A model generated the notes under the pieces. It did not search any database. It was not told the origin of the DNA and worked only from the letters and a program-made list of their open reading frames with translations. From contig NW_003314264.1 of NCBI RefSeq assembly GCF_000143415.4, forward strand, positions 1,149,520-1,213,519: 64,000 nt of DNA, written 5' to 3'. This DNA is from Selaginella moellendorffii (taxonomy: Eukaryota; Plantae; Lycopodiophyta). Shown piece by piece: positions 51,195 through 64,000 of the stretch (its first letter is position 1; every line of letters starts with the position of its first letter). A program made the position numbers and the translations under genes.

Positions 51195-54100
51195 ATGCCA
51201 AAATGCACTCCAGCCAAAGTGAATATGAAGCAAAAGTTAGTTGTTATCCTCTCGTCCTCTTCTAGTTTAAGTGGAGAAGTCATGCTAGTGTCGGCGCCGA
51301 ATTCACCAGCTCCAACTCCAACTTCAACTCCAACTTCAGCAATATTCAAAGCCGTTAGCAATGCTTTCCAATTTTCACGCCTCTCAATCAATGTCCACTT
51401 GTTTTTGTATAGGCTTGTGAGTGAGCTTCCATCCTCCTACAACGGCAACATTTTCTTCGAGCTACCACCTCTTGTCAGCAGCACAAGTTCCAAACAGAAG
51501 GGGATGGAAACCAAACAGGATGTCCACAATTGGTGCAAGATCAAGACCACATACTTCCAACATTTTGAAGGCACAGTGTCTATAGTTCATTGTGGCAGGC
51601 ATTTAGATTGTATGGATGAAGTATGCAATCGAGACCGCTCAAAAAACTCTATATTTTTCAGAGGGTCTACAATCAATCCTCCAGCCTGGGACACCATTGC
51701 TGTTGGATTCAAATGTCGATTCTGCAAAAATGCTCCTCTATGTCGTGTTATCTGCGAGGCCAAGATGTACTACTTTCTTTCATAGGATGGAGTGGCTGGA
51801 AGAGTTGCAGTGCATGTTGGCACACACATGCATCTAATGTAGGAAGGGATACAAAGAAGTTCTCTCAATCATTTCAAAGATGTTGTGCAGGAAGAGACTA
51901 TGAGAAACTCATCTGCAACTCCGAAGCATATTCAGAAGACTGTCCTCAAGGATTTTATTGCAAACACCTTACTCAATCTAGGTTGCCAAAAGACTCAACT
52001 AAACAAGGCTAGCTTGCGGGACTTACTACAAGGAGTACAACCTGCTACTAGTCTAAGGAGGTATATCTATTATTTTTCATACGTTATAATAATAATTTTT
52101 TCTTACATTATATTGTTTAGGATAAAATCTTGGATGTGTGAATCTCGAGAGGGGAAGTTGCAATCAAAAATTGACTCCATCCTTGAATTGAAACAGACCT
52201 ATCCATATGAGTTCATCCACAGAAGTTTGTTTCCATACAAAGTTGTGAATGAGCAAGAGTGCCCCTTCGTCTTCAAAATGTCTACCATGGGCCTTACCTC
52301 TAGCGTAGATCTTGTCTCCCGAATAGACATGTTTGGGTCCAGCGACCTTGCACATGCATGGGTACATTTTGACCATATGAAGCACGTATCGGGTTGAACA
52401 ACCATGGGAGCTCATGTGTATAATCCAAGGTAATTTTTATTCTCATTATATTGAAATTTTTATAATATTTGTGTTTTCATAGACTACGTTGTAACTTAAC
52501 AATTGCGACAGTAGAGTTTAAAGTACAAGACTAGACAGCACAGGAAATATTTTGGAAGTCCCTCTCTGATATTGTTCTAAAGCGGACTGGTAACCCTGCA
52601 AACTTTCGCAGTTTCATGGCAGATGGGGCTAGTGCAAACTGGAATAGTATCAGAGTAGTTTTTGGGAATGGTCAACCATTGGAAGGTCATGAGAGGACTT
52701 GTGAGTTCCATTGGGCTCAAAGCCTAAACCAGCACTACCACCTTATCAAGCCAGAGTTTCAATCAATATTTAAGGAGTTGTGCAAACAATGACAGATTGC
52801 ACCTTTTAAAGAAGAGTATGAGGCAAAAGCAAACGAGATCTAAATATGGTGGTGTGAAGATGGCCATACAGACATAAGTTGCCTACCACAACTTGAGTCA
52901 TGGTTAGGATGGTGGGAAGTTAAGATGTTCCAGTAGGGACATCACTCTTTTCAGGTTGGTTTATATTTTTTCTTTTCCTTTTATTACCTTTTAATATTGC
53001 CTTTTCCATTAGGATTAACCACTTGAGGACCTCACATACACCCCAACTATGAATCTCTCCGAAAGTAAGCACTAGAGTTGGCATTCTTTTGAGGCAAGGA
53101 AAGGGAAAATGCACGAAGCTTGTCTATCAGATTTAATACGTGCTATAGAGCAATCTTAAAAAGCACTGGCATTCAAGGAAGGAAGATACATAGGAACAGA
53201 ACCTTCTGTCGAGATGTTACATGATAGGATGAAGAGAAAATTAACTCCACCCGCCCGAACAGTGGCAATTGCAGTTGAGGAAGTGGTTCATGGCACATCT
53301 ATGGAGTACACTCCCTGAGCTTCTATTGGTGATATGAAGACTATCCACTCAAAGCATCGTTTTTCCTTTGCTGGGGAAGATGTTGGTACGGATCTTGGAG
53401 CAAAAAGCTCTCACAGGCCTAATGTTGAGTACCACTCTGCTCCAAGATACCGCTCTCGGACCGAGCCTAATGTTGAGTACCACTCTGCTCCAAGATACCG
53501 CTCTCGGACCGAGCCACCTCAAGTGGCTAATGAAGAGAGTGCATTGCAACAGGTTGAAATTGCTTACCGTAGTGTGGAGCCGAAGAATTGGGCAATCCGA
53601 CACGTGCCAGGAAAATCGAATGTAAGGTGTGTGTGGGGATGCTTCCGAGGGGCAAGTGTTGGGCCTGGATTCGTGGTGACAAATCTACTTCTGTTTTAGC
53701 CCTATGTTTCTATGGGGAATGAAAGCAAGTGTAAGCTCCTAAGTTTGGACTTCCCGGGAGGTCACCCAGCCCAGTACTATTCAAAACCCAAGGACGCTTA
53801 ACCCCAAATATCCCAAGACCCTTAACCGATTGGAAAAGGGGGTGCACTCTTGTTCATGGGCCTTTTCCCTCTATATTTGAACCCCATGGACCATCTCTCG
53901 AGTCGTTCTCTTTGGTTGCTTACAGCAAGTAGGATTTTCGAGATGGTGCTAGCTATATTGTTACAACACTGATGCCAACCATATGAAGCGGCTTGAAGAC
54001 ACTATAGTGACTAAACCTGATGAAGTACCTAAAGAATAGTCAGTTGCTAATGGGGTCGCGCTCACCTCGGATGAGATTGAAAACCTTGAGAAATCTGGTT

Positions 54101-54486
54101 TTAATCTTGAGAGGAGAGTTGGAGACATGAGTGACAAAACCAAGACCATTCCTACAGAGATGCATAGGAGACCAGCACAAAAAAGTAAGGCAGTTAAATT
54201 TATTGGTACCGTCTCCAAGCAGAAGCAAGGTAAAATAAACTTGGCTCAAACACTTGAGTGTGAGATTCTCTCCACGAAATACATCATTGCGCTTGCAAAG
54301 GAATACATAGTCAAAACAGAAGGTGGAGAGTACACAATTGCCATTCATGACTTTCCTTCTTGCACATGTTTAGACTTTATGAAGCGTGAGGAACATGGGA
54401 AGGCATATACTCCTTACAAGCATATGTATTACATCTTCATCAACATCTTGCACCAGGATCCTAAGGTGGATATTCATATACACTAA
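51195..54486 (+). pseudogene. Mutator-type DDE transposase with N-terminal Cys-rich domain and C-terminal SWIM finger; intron-containing, decayed; start approximate
   Basis: WVHFDH; FMADGASANWNSI; TCEFHWAQSL; PTMNLSESKH; SCTCLDF...PYKHMYYI (third SWIM Cys replaced by Tyr); several stops. Confidence 0.88.
53730..53924 (-). repeat. Cassandra solo LTR (195 bp) inside the transposase gene
   Basis: TGTAAGC...GCTTACA; TSD GCAAG; 5S-like segment. Confidence 0.93.
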
Positions 54487-57339
54487 GCAAGCCTTACTAT
54501 TGCTGAGTTGTAGAAAACTTTTAGAGCTAACTAGATTTCTCCAACACTATCGATGTTTATTCTCTATCAATAAAACTTTTTATACTTTATATAATTAATA
54601 AAATGTGCTTTTTCATTTCACTTTTCATTTTATATGCTTCCGAGAGTTCTTTTTGCAATACTGCCCATAGTACTCGTGTGTCTCCATTTCTATCTTTACC
54701 ATCTCAAAAAAGATTTTATGGTAGTCTTTCGGGTGTGTGATGTTACAGTGTGTCGCAAGAGCATATATACCATCATACTGATCATTGCCATGTTTCCACC
54801 AGACTCTAGAAAATATATGGGGCATTTCTTGAAAGTGGAAAAATTGCATTTTTCTAAAACAAGTAAGAGGGCATTCTTTTTCACCCAATTTATTGCACCC
54901 TCTGTCATTGCATTTATCTCCAACTCATTATCATTATCCTCTCTTTCATTCTCTTGTGTGGTTTGGTTATGCTATGCAATGGGATAGTTATTGCATCTCC
55001 TAGCCCTTGAACCCTGGGAAGAAAGATTGTGAGAGTTAAAATTACCAACACTAGGACCCATAAATATTTATGTGTATTTCCCTTTTTTCAAATGAGAGTG
55101 TGAATGAAGATTTCTAAATTCTAGACAGTATGCTATGACAAACCCCTCAAGAATGTATTCTAAAAAGAACCAAGTCTTTCTTTTATATGCAATAAGCTTA
55201 CATCAATAGTTATTTCTTTTTCCTTTCAAATGGTTATATGGCTTTACATAGAATTTTATTTCAAATTTAATAATTTTTTAATTCTGACCAACTTGACATT
55301 TACTAGCCAGAAAGCATAGAGTACAAATTTAAAGAAGTGACAAGAATACTCTTTTTGCAAACATTTTATTTTATGTTCTAACAAATATCCCTATCATTGT
55401 ATGTAGTAAATATTTAAATTATTAGAACAAGAAGTGTTCTTTGGAACATTTTTATCTATATAATATATAGAGAGTTATTAAATTATTAGGTTCGCTATAA
55501 CCTTAAAATTTTAAAGTTTATAATGTTTGTACTAAATTACAATTGAAAATTGAGCTCAACTCATGAGCTTAAGTATGGTCCGTGCCCTCTCAGCCAAGGT
55601 GTAGGGCTACCAAGACCAAATTAAGATCAGTAATAGCTCACTACCCTCATAAAGTTTTAATGAAATGCAAGGTGCAACCTGCCATTAAGCACAACACTAC
55701 AGAAGAAAGGTATATAAGTCACTTTTCTAGAAAAGTGCAATAGCCACTTTTCTATGCCAACTCTAAACTCTATTAGACTCAATTGCCTTAGCTTCAAAAG
55801 TCAACATCCCTTTCAGACTGCATCATACAAACTACTTACTAAAGTTTAAGCTAACCGAAGTTAACTCCAACCCCTTCACTAATTTGTATTGGTTTACAAA
55901 AATGAAATGGTTTTCTAGCAAAATGATCAACAAATCAACCATTATAAAAGTTTAAGAAAATTTGTGAAAATTTTCCATTCTAAAGAAAGAATGACTCTAA
56001 ATCTAGGAATACAAACTCTCAAGATTTAACCAACTTTCTCCTATTAATAATTTCATATAGGTTCACTTTAACACTAATTCTCATAACCCAACAATATATC
56101 TAGGTATCAAACATCTTGCCCATTTTTCCAACATCCAACATTGATATCTGTAAAATGCAAAATGAACATCCAAAGCTTGATTATGAAGACTATATATTTA
56201 GATATACACATTGCACTAACACTTCTCTTCAATCACCTTCAAGATCTAATGTGAAGCCAAAAACACTAACAAGGAAAATGACATGAAAAATCAAGTTCCA
56301 AGAAAAATTCCTCATCACTTGAATTAACAATACCACTTCCACTAACACAAGTGCTAGCGATGTCAATGCCTCAACTACACATTTTCTCTATCTAACAATC
56401 TACTCCAAGTATTAATGGATAAACTAACAAGCCATAGCAAATGAATGTTATAACTCGTTCCAAGGCAAATTCAAAAGAAACCAACTTAAGCTTAGCATAA
56501 TAGATCATTATAAATAATCTAGTTAAAACTATTGCAATCCTACTATGTGCAAGTAAACTAGCTTCACTATTAACCACTTTAGGATTGATCATTGTTTGAC
56601 CAAACAACTTCGTAAACACATTGCTCATTATCACATAAATATGATATAAAATTATAATGATTTGATCATCAATTGAGCAACACCACAAGTACCACCTATG
56701 TCATTACTTCAAAGGTTCATGTGGGTATTAAGTGCTAACTTGATTCAACAAAATGCAACATAAATGCCACACTCTACCAATAAAGATTTACATCACTCAA
56801 CAATATGAACTTTTGTTCACTATATAGATAAACCCATGCCACTCTTTTTTTGACCAAACTCAAAACTAATCCAACACCAAGCTACTCAAGGAGTAATAGC
56901 AAGGTTCTTTAGAAAAGAATTGAGCATTGCAACCCAAGTCTTCAATAGTAAACCTAAACATAATGGTTTAGCGCTTCACCACTATCCATCCTACGACTCA
57001 CCACTTGTAAAACCATTATTTCCATCATGCATCAAGATAGAGAATCTTAATTGCCTGATATGAACATGAGCAATGAGTTAACACCTCCTTGCTCTGAGAA
57101 GAGAAAATGATTTATGTGTTCGATCCTTTGTCCCTAAAACTCTATTTTCAGACTCTACTTTAACCAAACCTCAAGCTTACTTTCACACTGCCTTCAGTCC
57201 AATCCAAGATAAGTTTATGAGAAAGCACGGCAATGACTACTTAAACGAATCGACTATTCCCTACAATCTTGACTGATCCACTTTTAATTATGCCTAGGAA
57301 GGATCCATTAGTGCTATGCTAAACAACTACAGACCAACT

Positions 57340-60300
57340 TGTGAATGACTAAATTTTCTATTTTACTTTAGTCACTTAACCACCCTTCCAACCATTTGGA
57401 AGAGTCTCACTCACAACCTCTATAAGTCTTATTTTAAACTTGGGGCTTGCTAGCCCTGACAATAGCATCCCTGGCACTCAAGCTTTGCACTTGGTCCAAA
57501 TGTTCCATATGTTCAATCCCCTAATTGACACCCAAAAGTACTAATAACATATCAATCCGTTATGCTAAAGCCATCCCCATTCACTTTTGCCACACAGGTG
57601 GTCCAACACCATCTGCATCACAGTCCTATCTCTCAAAGACTGGGCCATCCGTCCATGAATGGTCATCCCAAATCCACTTTTTAGCATCCTTAGAATGCTT
57701 CTAGATATAGGGAATAACCTCTCTTTTTCAGTCCCCACCAAATCCCTTTTTATTCATGACCATGTTACCACTAGGGCAAGGCTCACCGACCCGACCACTA
57801 AGTCTTACTGTCCTTTGGGATTTCCTCACCATATAACCATATTCTTAGTCACAACATCAGAGGATTGCCCCTCTTCCTTTTCACAGTCTGGGACTTTGGG
57901 ATAACATTTTGGAACGCGAACCTCATGAGTACTCTCCCCACCTTTCGCTTTTGGGTGCTCTAGCCATAGGGCTAAAGCAAGGTTCTATTGAGTCATGTTA
58001 GGTATCCAAGTAAGTAGTGCCACCTATGCTTGGACCAAGAGCATCGACTATTCAATCTCTCGAGGGAACTAAAGCATACTCTTGAACACTTCACCAACCT
58101 ACTCAATTTGTTTATTCGTATTCACCCTAGCTTTAGACTCCTCAATGGATATATCATCACTCAGCACGTGGGTATAGCCTTCTGGGGTCACACTAGCCTT
58201 TTATAGCCAAATTGGCTCCACTAGAGTCCAATCTTGATACTGTCCCTACTATACTTTTGCAACCCCTTGCAAAATCCAAACTCTATTCAACTCAATTACC
58301 TTAGCCTAAAAAGTCAACATCCCTTTTAAGCCGCATCATACAAACTACCTATTAAAGTTTAAGCCAACCCAAGTTAACTCCAAACCCTTCATTAATTGTA
58401 CTGGTTTATGAAAATGGAATGGTTTTCGAGCAAAATAATTAATAAATCAACCATTAGAAAATTCTAAGAAAATTTATGAAAATTTTCCATCCTAAAGAAA
58501 GAATGACTCTAAGTCTAGGAATATAAACTTTCAAGACTCAACTAACTTCTTCTTACTAACAACTTCACATAGGTTCACCTTAACACCAATTCTCATAACT
58601 CAACAATATGTCTAAGTATCAAACATCTTGCCCATTTTTCAAACATCCAACATTGATATCCATAAAATGCAAAATGAACATCCAAGGCTTGATCATAAAG
58701 ACCATATATTCAAATATCTACATTGCACTAACAATTTTCTTTAATCACCTTCAAGATCCAATGTGGAGCCAAAAACACTAATGAGAAAAATGACATGAAA
58801 AATCAAGCTCCAAGGAAAATTCCTCATCACTTGAATGTAAACAACTAATTTTTCCATTCTACTTTAGTCACTTAACCACACCTCTGACCACTTGGAAGAG
58901 TCTCATTCACAACCTCCTTAAATCCAATTTAGGACTTGGGACTTGCTAGCCCCGAGAATGGCATCCATGCCACTCATCCCTTGCACTTAGTGCAAGTGCT
59001 CCACGTGCCCGGTCCCAAGATCAACACCCCAAGGTACCACCGACATACTAGCCCATTACACTAAGGCCATGCTCCTTCACCTTAGTCATACCGGTGGTCC
59101 AACACCACCTGCATCGCAGTCCCGTCTCTCAAGGACTGGGCCATCCGTCCAGGAGTGACCATCCAAAATCCACTCCTTAGCATCCTTAAGATGCCCACAA
59201 ACATGCGGAACAACCTTCCCCAATATCACTTTTACAGTCCCCACCAAGTCCCTTTTCTGTCCATGGCCGTGTTTGCCAACACTGCCACTGACACAGGGCT
59301 TATAGGCCCGACCACTAAGTCCCACTATCCTTTGGGACTTCCTCACCACATAACTGTACCATTGGTCACTACACAGAGGGCCACTCTTCTTCCTTTCCAT
59401 AGTCTGGGACTTTGGGATAACATTTCGGAACACCGTGGCCTTATATAGGCCTCATGGGTACTCTCCCCACCTTCCGTCTTTTGGTGCTCTAGCCATGGGT
59501 TTAGAGCGAGGTTCCATTGAGCCACGCTAAGTATCCAAGTAGGTAGTGCCACCCACACTTGGATTGGGAGCATCGACTATTCGATCTCCCGGGGGAACTA
59601 AAGCTGGCTCTTGAACACTTCACTAAGCTACCCCACTTGACAGTCCATATTCACTCTAGCCTTGGACCTCCCAATGGTTATCCCGTCACCCAACACCTGG
59701 ACACGGCCTTCTTGGGCCAAACTAGCCTTTCTTGGCCAAACTGGCTTCACTGGAGTTCTCCCCCTTACTATACTTTTGGAGCTCACCAAACCCCCCAGGG
59801 TATGGGAGACGAACGCTTTGGGCTTTCACCCTCTCAGACTCAAACTCGGACTTGGACTCAGACTCAGACTCGGACTCGGACTCGGACTCGGACTCGGACT
59901 CGGGCTCGGGCTCGGTCTTGGCCTCGACCTTGGTCTTGGTCTTAGTCCCGGTCTCGGTCTTGGTCTCGACTTCGGACTCCATCTCGGGTCCTTCTCGGAC
60001 TCCATCTCGGATTCCATCTTGGGTCCATCTCGGACTCCATCTCGGGTCCATCTCGGACTCTATCTCAGGTCCATCTCGGACTCCATCTCGGGTCCATCTC
60101 GGACTCCATCTCGGACTCCATCTTGGGTCCATGTTAGACTCCATCTCGGGTCCGTCTCGGACTCCATCTCGGGTCCATCTTGGACTCCATCTCGGGTCCA
60201 TCTTGGACTCCATCTCAGGTCCGTCTTGGACTCCATCTTGGGTCCATCTCGGACTCCATCTTGGGTCCCTCTCGGACTCCATCTCGGGTCCATCTCCGAC

Positions 60301-60836
60301 TCCATCTTGGGTCCGTCTCAGAATCCATCTTGGGTCCATCTTGGACTCCATCTCGGACACTTCCACGTGTCATATGTTGGTCCTTTTGGGTCCTTTTTTG
60401 GGGCCTCGCTTATTGCTCGCTTCGTGCTCGTTCCTCAAGCACTTTTGTTGGGAGTTCCACTCCTGCTCTCGACCTTTCAAGTTGGAGCTTTTAGTCCAAA
60501 CGTGTTACACTCGTTTGGCTTTTGCTTTGGCCACTATCACATGGCACCCTTCTGGCTCCACTTTGGGGCCTAGGGATTTTGTGTCTCATATTGAATTAAC
60601 AATGCCATTTCCACTAACACAAGTGTTAGCGATATCAATGCCTCAACTACACACTTTCTCCATCCAACAACTTGCTAACGAATAAACTAACAAGTTATAG
60701 CAAGTGAATGCTGTAGCATCCCCCCCCCCCCCAAAACATGTCCAAACATGTTACTCTTATTTGGCTTTCACTTCAACCACTACCATATGGCAACCTTTCG
60801 GCTCCACTTTTGGGGCTTTATGATTTATGTCTCACA
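57340..60836 (-). repeat. Old family C LTR whose middle is replaced by a duplicate of the family B internal segment (~55760-56450)
   Basis: 57340-~58260 and ~60720-60836 match the reverse complement of the family C LTR; 58270-58835 and 60591-60710 repeat the earlier segment. Confidence 0.65.
58836..60590 (-). repeat. Family C solo LTR
   Basis: Reverse complement of the family C LTR; TSD TTGAA on both sides. Confidence 0.93.
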
Positions 60837-60967
60837 TAGCCTATTTGCTACTTGTAGCAAACTTAGGGGAGGTTTACTTTCACCCATAGTACATGGAATA
60901 ACTCACAGAACCACTAATAGGCTAATATTAATTTTGCCAACTCAAAGTGTATCCTTGAGTTGCTAAT

Positions 60968-63116
60968 TGTGAGACACAAATCCCCAAGCCCCAAAGTGGA
61001 GCCAAAAGGGTGCCACATGGTAGTGGCCGAAGCAAAAGCCAAACAAGCATAACATGTTTGGACTAAAAGCTCTGACTCAAAAGGTCGAGAGCAGGAGTGG
61101 AACTCCCAATAGAGTGCTCAAGGAACAAGCATGAAGTGAGCAATAAAAGAGTCTCTAGAAAAGGGACACAAGAGGACCAATACATGAGATGTGGAGGAGT
61201 CTGAGATAGACCCGAGATGGAGTCCGAGATAGACCCGAGATGGAGTCTGAGATGGAGTCCGAAATGGACCCAAGATGGACCCGAGTGTAAGCTCTTGAGT
61301 TTAGACTTCCTGAGAGGTCACCCAGCCCAGTACTATTCAAACCCAAGGACGCTTAACCCCAAGTATCCCAAGACCCTTAACCGATTGGAAAAGGGGGTGC
61401 ACTCTTGTTCATGGGCCCTTTCCCTCTATATTTGAACCCTAACGGATCGTCTCTCAAGTCGTTCCCTTTGGTTGCTTACAATCCACCACGCTTCCCTGCA
61501 AGTTCACGCCCTCGTGAATGGAAGCTGAGAGCCGCAGCTCTCCCGAGAGCCCCGCTCTCTTGACACCCTACCCCTCGGGTCGAGCCCAGCGGGAGCAAAC
61601 TGGACCAGCCAGATGTCAATCAACATGTGGTGCGATTCCCTTAGCCAACCAACAGAGTCGGACCCGAGACCCCTCTGATACCAAATGTAAGCTCCTGAGT
61701 TTAGACTTCCTGAGAGGTCACCCAGTCCAGTACTATTCAAACCCAAGGACGCTTAACCCCAAGTATCCCAAGACCCTTAACCGATTGGAAAAGGGGGTGC
61801 ACTCTTGTTCATGGGCCCTTTCCCTCTATATTTGAACCCTAACGGATCGTCTCTCAAGTCGTTCCCTTTGGTTGCTTACACCGAGATGGAGTCTGAGATG
61901 GACCCGAGATGGAGTCCGAGATGGACCGAGATGGAATCCGAGAAGGACCCGAGACGGAGTCCGAAGTCGAGACTGAGACTGGGACCAAGACCGAGACCGA
62001 CACCGAGACCAAGGCCGAGGCCGAGACCGAGACCGAGACCAAGGCCGAGGCCGAGACCGAGACCGAGACCAAGGCCGAGGCCGAGACCAAGCCCAAGCCC
62101 GAGTTTGAGTCCGAGTCCAAGACCGAGCCCAAGCCCGAGTTTGAGTCCGAGTCCAAGACCGAGGCCAAGACCGAGCCCCAGCCCGAGTCTGAGTCCGAGT
62201 CCGAGTTCGAGTTCAAGTCTGAGAGGGTGAAAGCCCAAAGTGTTCGTCTCCCATACCCTAGGGGGTTTGGTCAGCTCCAAAAATATAGTAGGGGGAGGAC
62301 TCTAGTGGAGCCAGTTTGGCCCAGGAAGGCTGTACCCAGGTGTTGGGTGATGGGATAACCATTGGGAGGTCCAAGGCTAGAGTGAATACGGACTGTCAAG
62401 CGGGGTAGCTTGGTGAAGTGTTCAAGAGCCGGCTTTAGTTCCCCCGGGAGATCGAATGGTTGATACTCCCAGTCCAAGTGTGGGTGGCACTGCCTACTTG
62501 GATATATGGCATGGCTTAATAGAACCTCGCTCTAACCCCATGGCTAGAGCACCCAAAGGCGGAAAGCGGGGAGAGTACCCACGAGGCTCGCATAAGGCCA
62601 CGGTGTTCCAAAATGTTGTTGCAATATCCCAGATTGTAGAATGGAAGAGGAGCAATCCTCTAATGTAGTGACCAAGGATACGGTCATGTGGTGAGAAAGT
62701 CCTAGAGAACAGTGGGATTTAGTGGTCGGGCCTATGGGCCTTATCCCAGTGGCAGAGTAGGCAAACTCGGCTATGGACAGAAAAAGGACTTGGTAGGGAC
62801 TGAAAGGGATATTGGGGAAAGTGGTTCCCCCTGTCTGCGAGCATCTTAAGGATGCTAAGGAGTGGATCTTGGATGGTCACTCCTGGACGGATGGCTCAAT
62901 TGTTGAAAGACAGGATTGTGGTGCAGGTGGTGCTGGACCACCGGTGGTACCAAGGTGAATATGCATGGCCTTAGTGTAACGGGCTAGTATGTCGGTGGTA
63001 CCTTGGGGTGTCAGTCTTGGGACCGGACACGTGGAGCACTTAGACCAAGTGCAAAGGATGAGTGGTATGGATGCCATTCTCATGACTAAAGTAGGATGGA
63101 AAATTAGTCGCTTACA
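60968..63116 (+). repeat. Family C solo LTR carrying a Cassandra insertion
   Basis: TGTGAGACAC...CGCTTACA; TSD CTAAT/TTAAT. Confidence 0.9.
61286..61880 (-). mobile_element. Complete Cassandra-type TRIM (595 bp; LTRs 61286-61480 and 61686-61880)
   Basis: TSD CCGAG; minus-strand PBS TGGTATCAGAG and PPT; LTR carries GTTAAGCGTCCTTGGG..AGTACTGGGCTGGGTGACCTCTCAGGAAGTC, resembling plant 5S rRNA boxes A and C. Confidence 0.93.
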
Positions 63117-64000
63117 TTAATGCCCCTCACTCACAAGCCCAAGCTTAAACTCGTGCAAAATAGTACACCTTAAATCCTTTTTGCCAACTCAAAATATAAC
63201 TTTAAGTTGCTAATATGCCTCACTCCTGAGCCCAAGTGCAAACTTAAGCAAACGGAACATCTTTATCCATCCTATGAGCCTAAGAGCAAGCTCACATTAT
63301 AAGGTACAAAAAAGGAAACCAAAGTCTATATCCAAGGAATAAATGTGAAGTCATAGCACCCAAATGTGTACCCACTCAAATCATCATTTTTATTTCTGTG
63401 TATGCAACAAGACTAGTTGCCTAATCTCATTGAATAGCACTTGCTGAGATGTATCTTTTAATACCAAATGTAGCACATGGTTTTCAACCTTTATCCTATG
63501 GTGATTTATCATAGAATAACCACGAGGTAGAACCTAAACACTTTATATGCCATTTGTCATATGCCATGTGTGACAAGTCACATGTCTATAGGACAGTGGT
63601 GCAAAACCCAAGTTTTAAAACTTTGGGCCAATGAACGAAAGAACGGAGCCAAACTCCTAAGCATAGAGTCGAGGAGCGAAGGTGTTGGAGCACAGAATGA
63701 CTTCTGAGTGTACAGCCCAAGGAGCAAAGAGACATGAGCACAGAGTGATTTAGAACAGTCCTAAAGCATCCCACATCCCAATGCTAGGACTAGCACGTAA
63801 AATGGAGCCAAACGAAGTCTACCACTATTTCAGCATACCGGTGGCCTAATGCAAAGATATGGGTACTCCACCAACTAACATGGTACCACACAAGAGGGAA
63901 CGAAACTACACCTCAAATTAGTCAGCCAAGCCTGACCTACCCACTATCCTTATATCCTTATTATACATTTGGAACCCCTTATATCCCCCCCCCCCCCCCC

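Larger units (their letters stand above)
42194..55587. mobile_element. Mutator-like (MULE) DNA transposon, 13.4 kb including nested solo LTRs
   Basis: Imperfect ~45-bp TIRs with core AGCTCAYGAGTTGAGCTCAATT; TSD CCTCAGCC/TCTCAGCC; empty site CATCCTTAGCCAAGGTGTAGGG in the paralogous repeat at ~10081-10102. Confidence 0.9.
38287..64000 (-). mobile_element. Family B LARD-like LTR element hosting many nested insertions (3' LTR 38287-39413; 5' LTR from 63469 off the window)
   Basis: PPT complement CTCTACCCCC follows 39413; PBS complement TAATACCA precedes 63469; internal region colinear with 7681-12250. Confidence 0.85.

Noticed and set aside
53417-53515. 48-bp tandem duplication in the transposase (and a 24-bp one at 8259-8307)
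   Set aside because: Ordinary local duplications with no sign of function.
61304-61358. 5S rRNA gene
   Set aside because: Only the internal ~55 nt is present, and it lies within TRIM LTRs.

Overview
Eukaryotic plant nuclear DNA, mostly nested transposons. The ~45-55 nt introns, the PLS-type PPR gene and the chromovirus suggest a lycophyte such as Selaginella; this is inference only. Host genes: an EFG1-like rRNA-processing gene, a PLS-E PPR gene and a decayed B-lectin gene. Mobile elements: a young Ty3/gypsy chromovirus whose integrase is split by spliceosomal introns, a gag-only LTR element, two non-autonomous LTR families (B, C) with several solo LTRs, Cassandra (5S-bearing) TRIMs, a MITE, a 13.4-kb Mutator-like element and a 5'-truncated TIR element. 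Main result: both DNA transposons carry a multi-exon gene fusing a ParB/Srx-like domain to a beta-class (N6A/N4C) DNA-methyltransferase-like domain. One of the two also has an FCP1/HAD phosphatase-like domain. Each element carries its own palindromic motif set, suggesting a ParB/parS-like self-recognition or anti-silencing system (hypothesis). All domain calls were made by eye from motifs; no searches were run.
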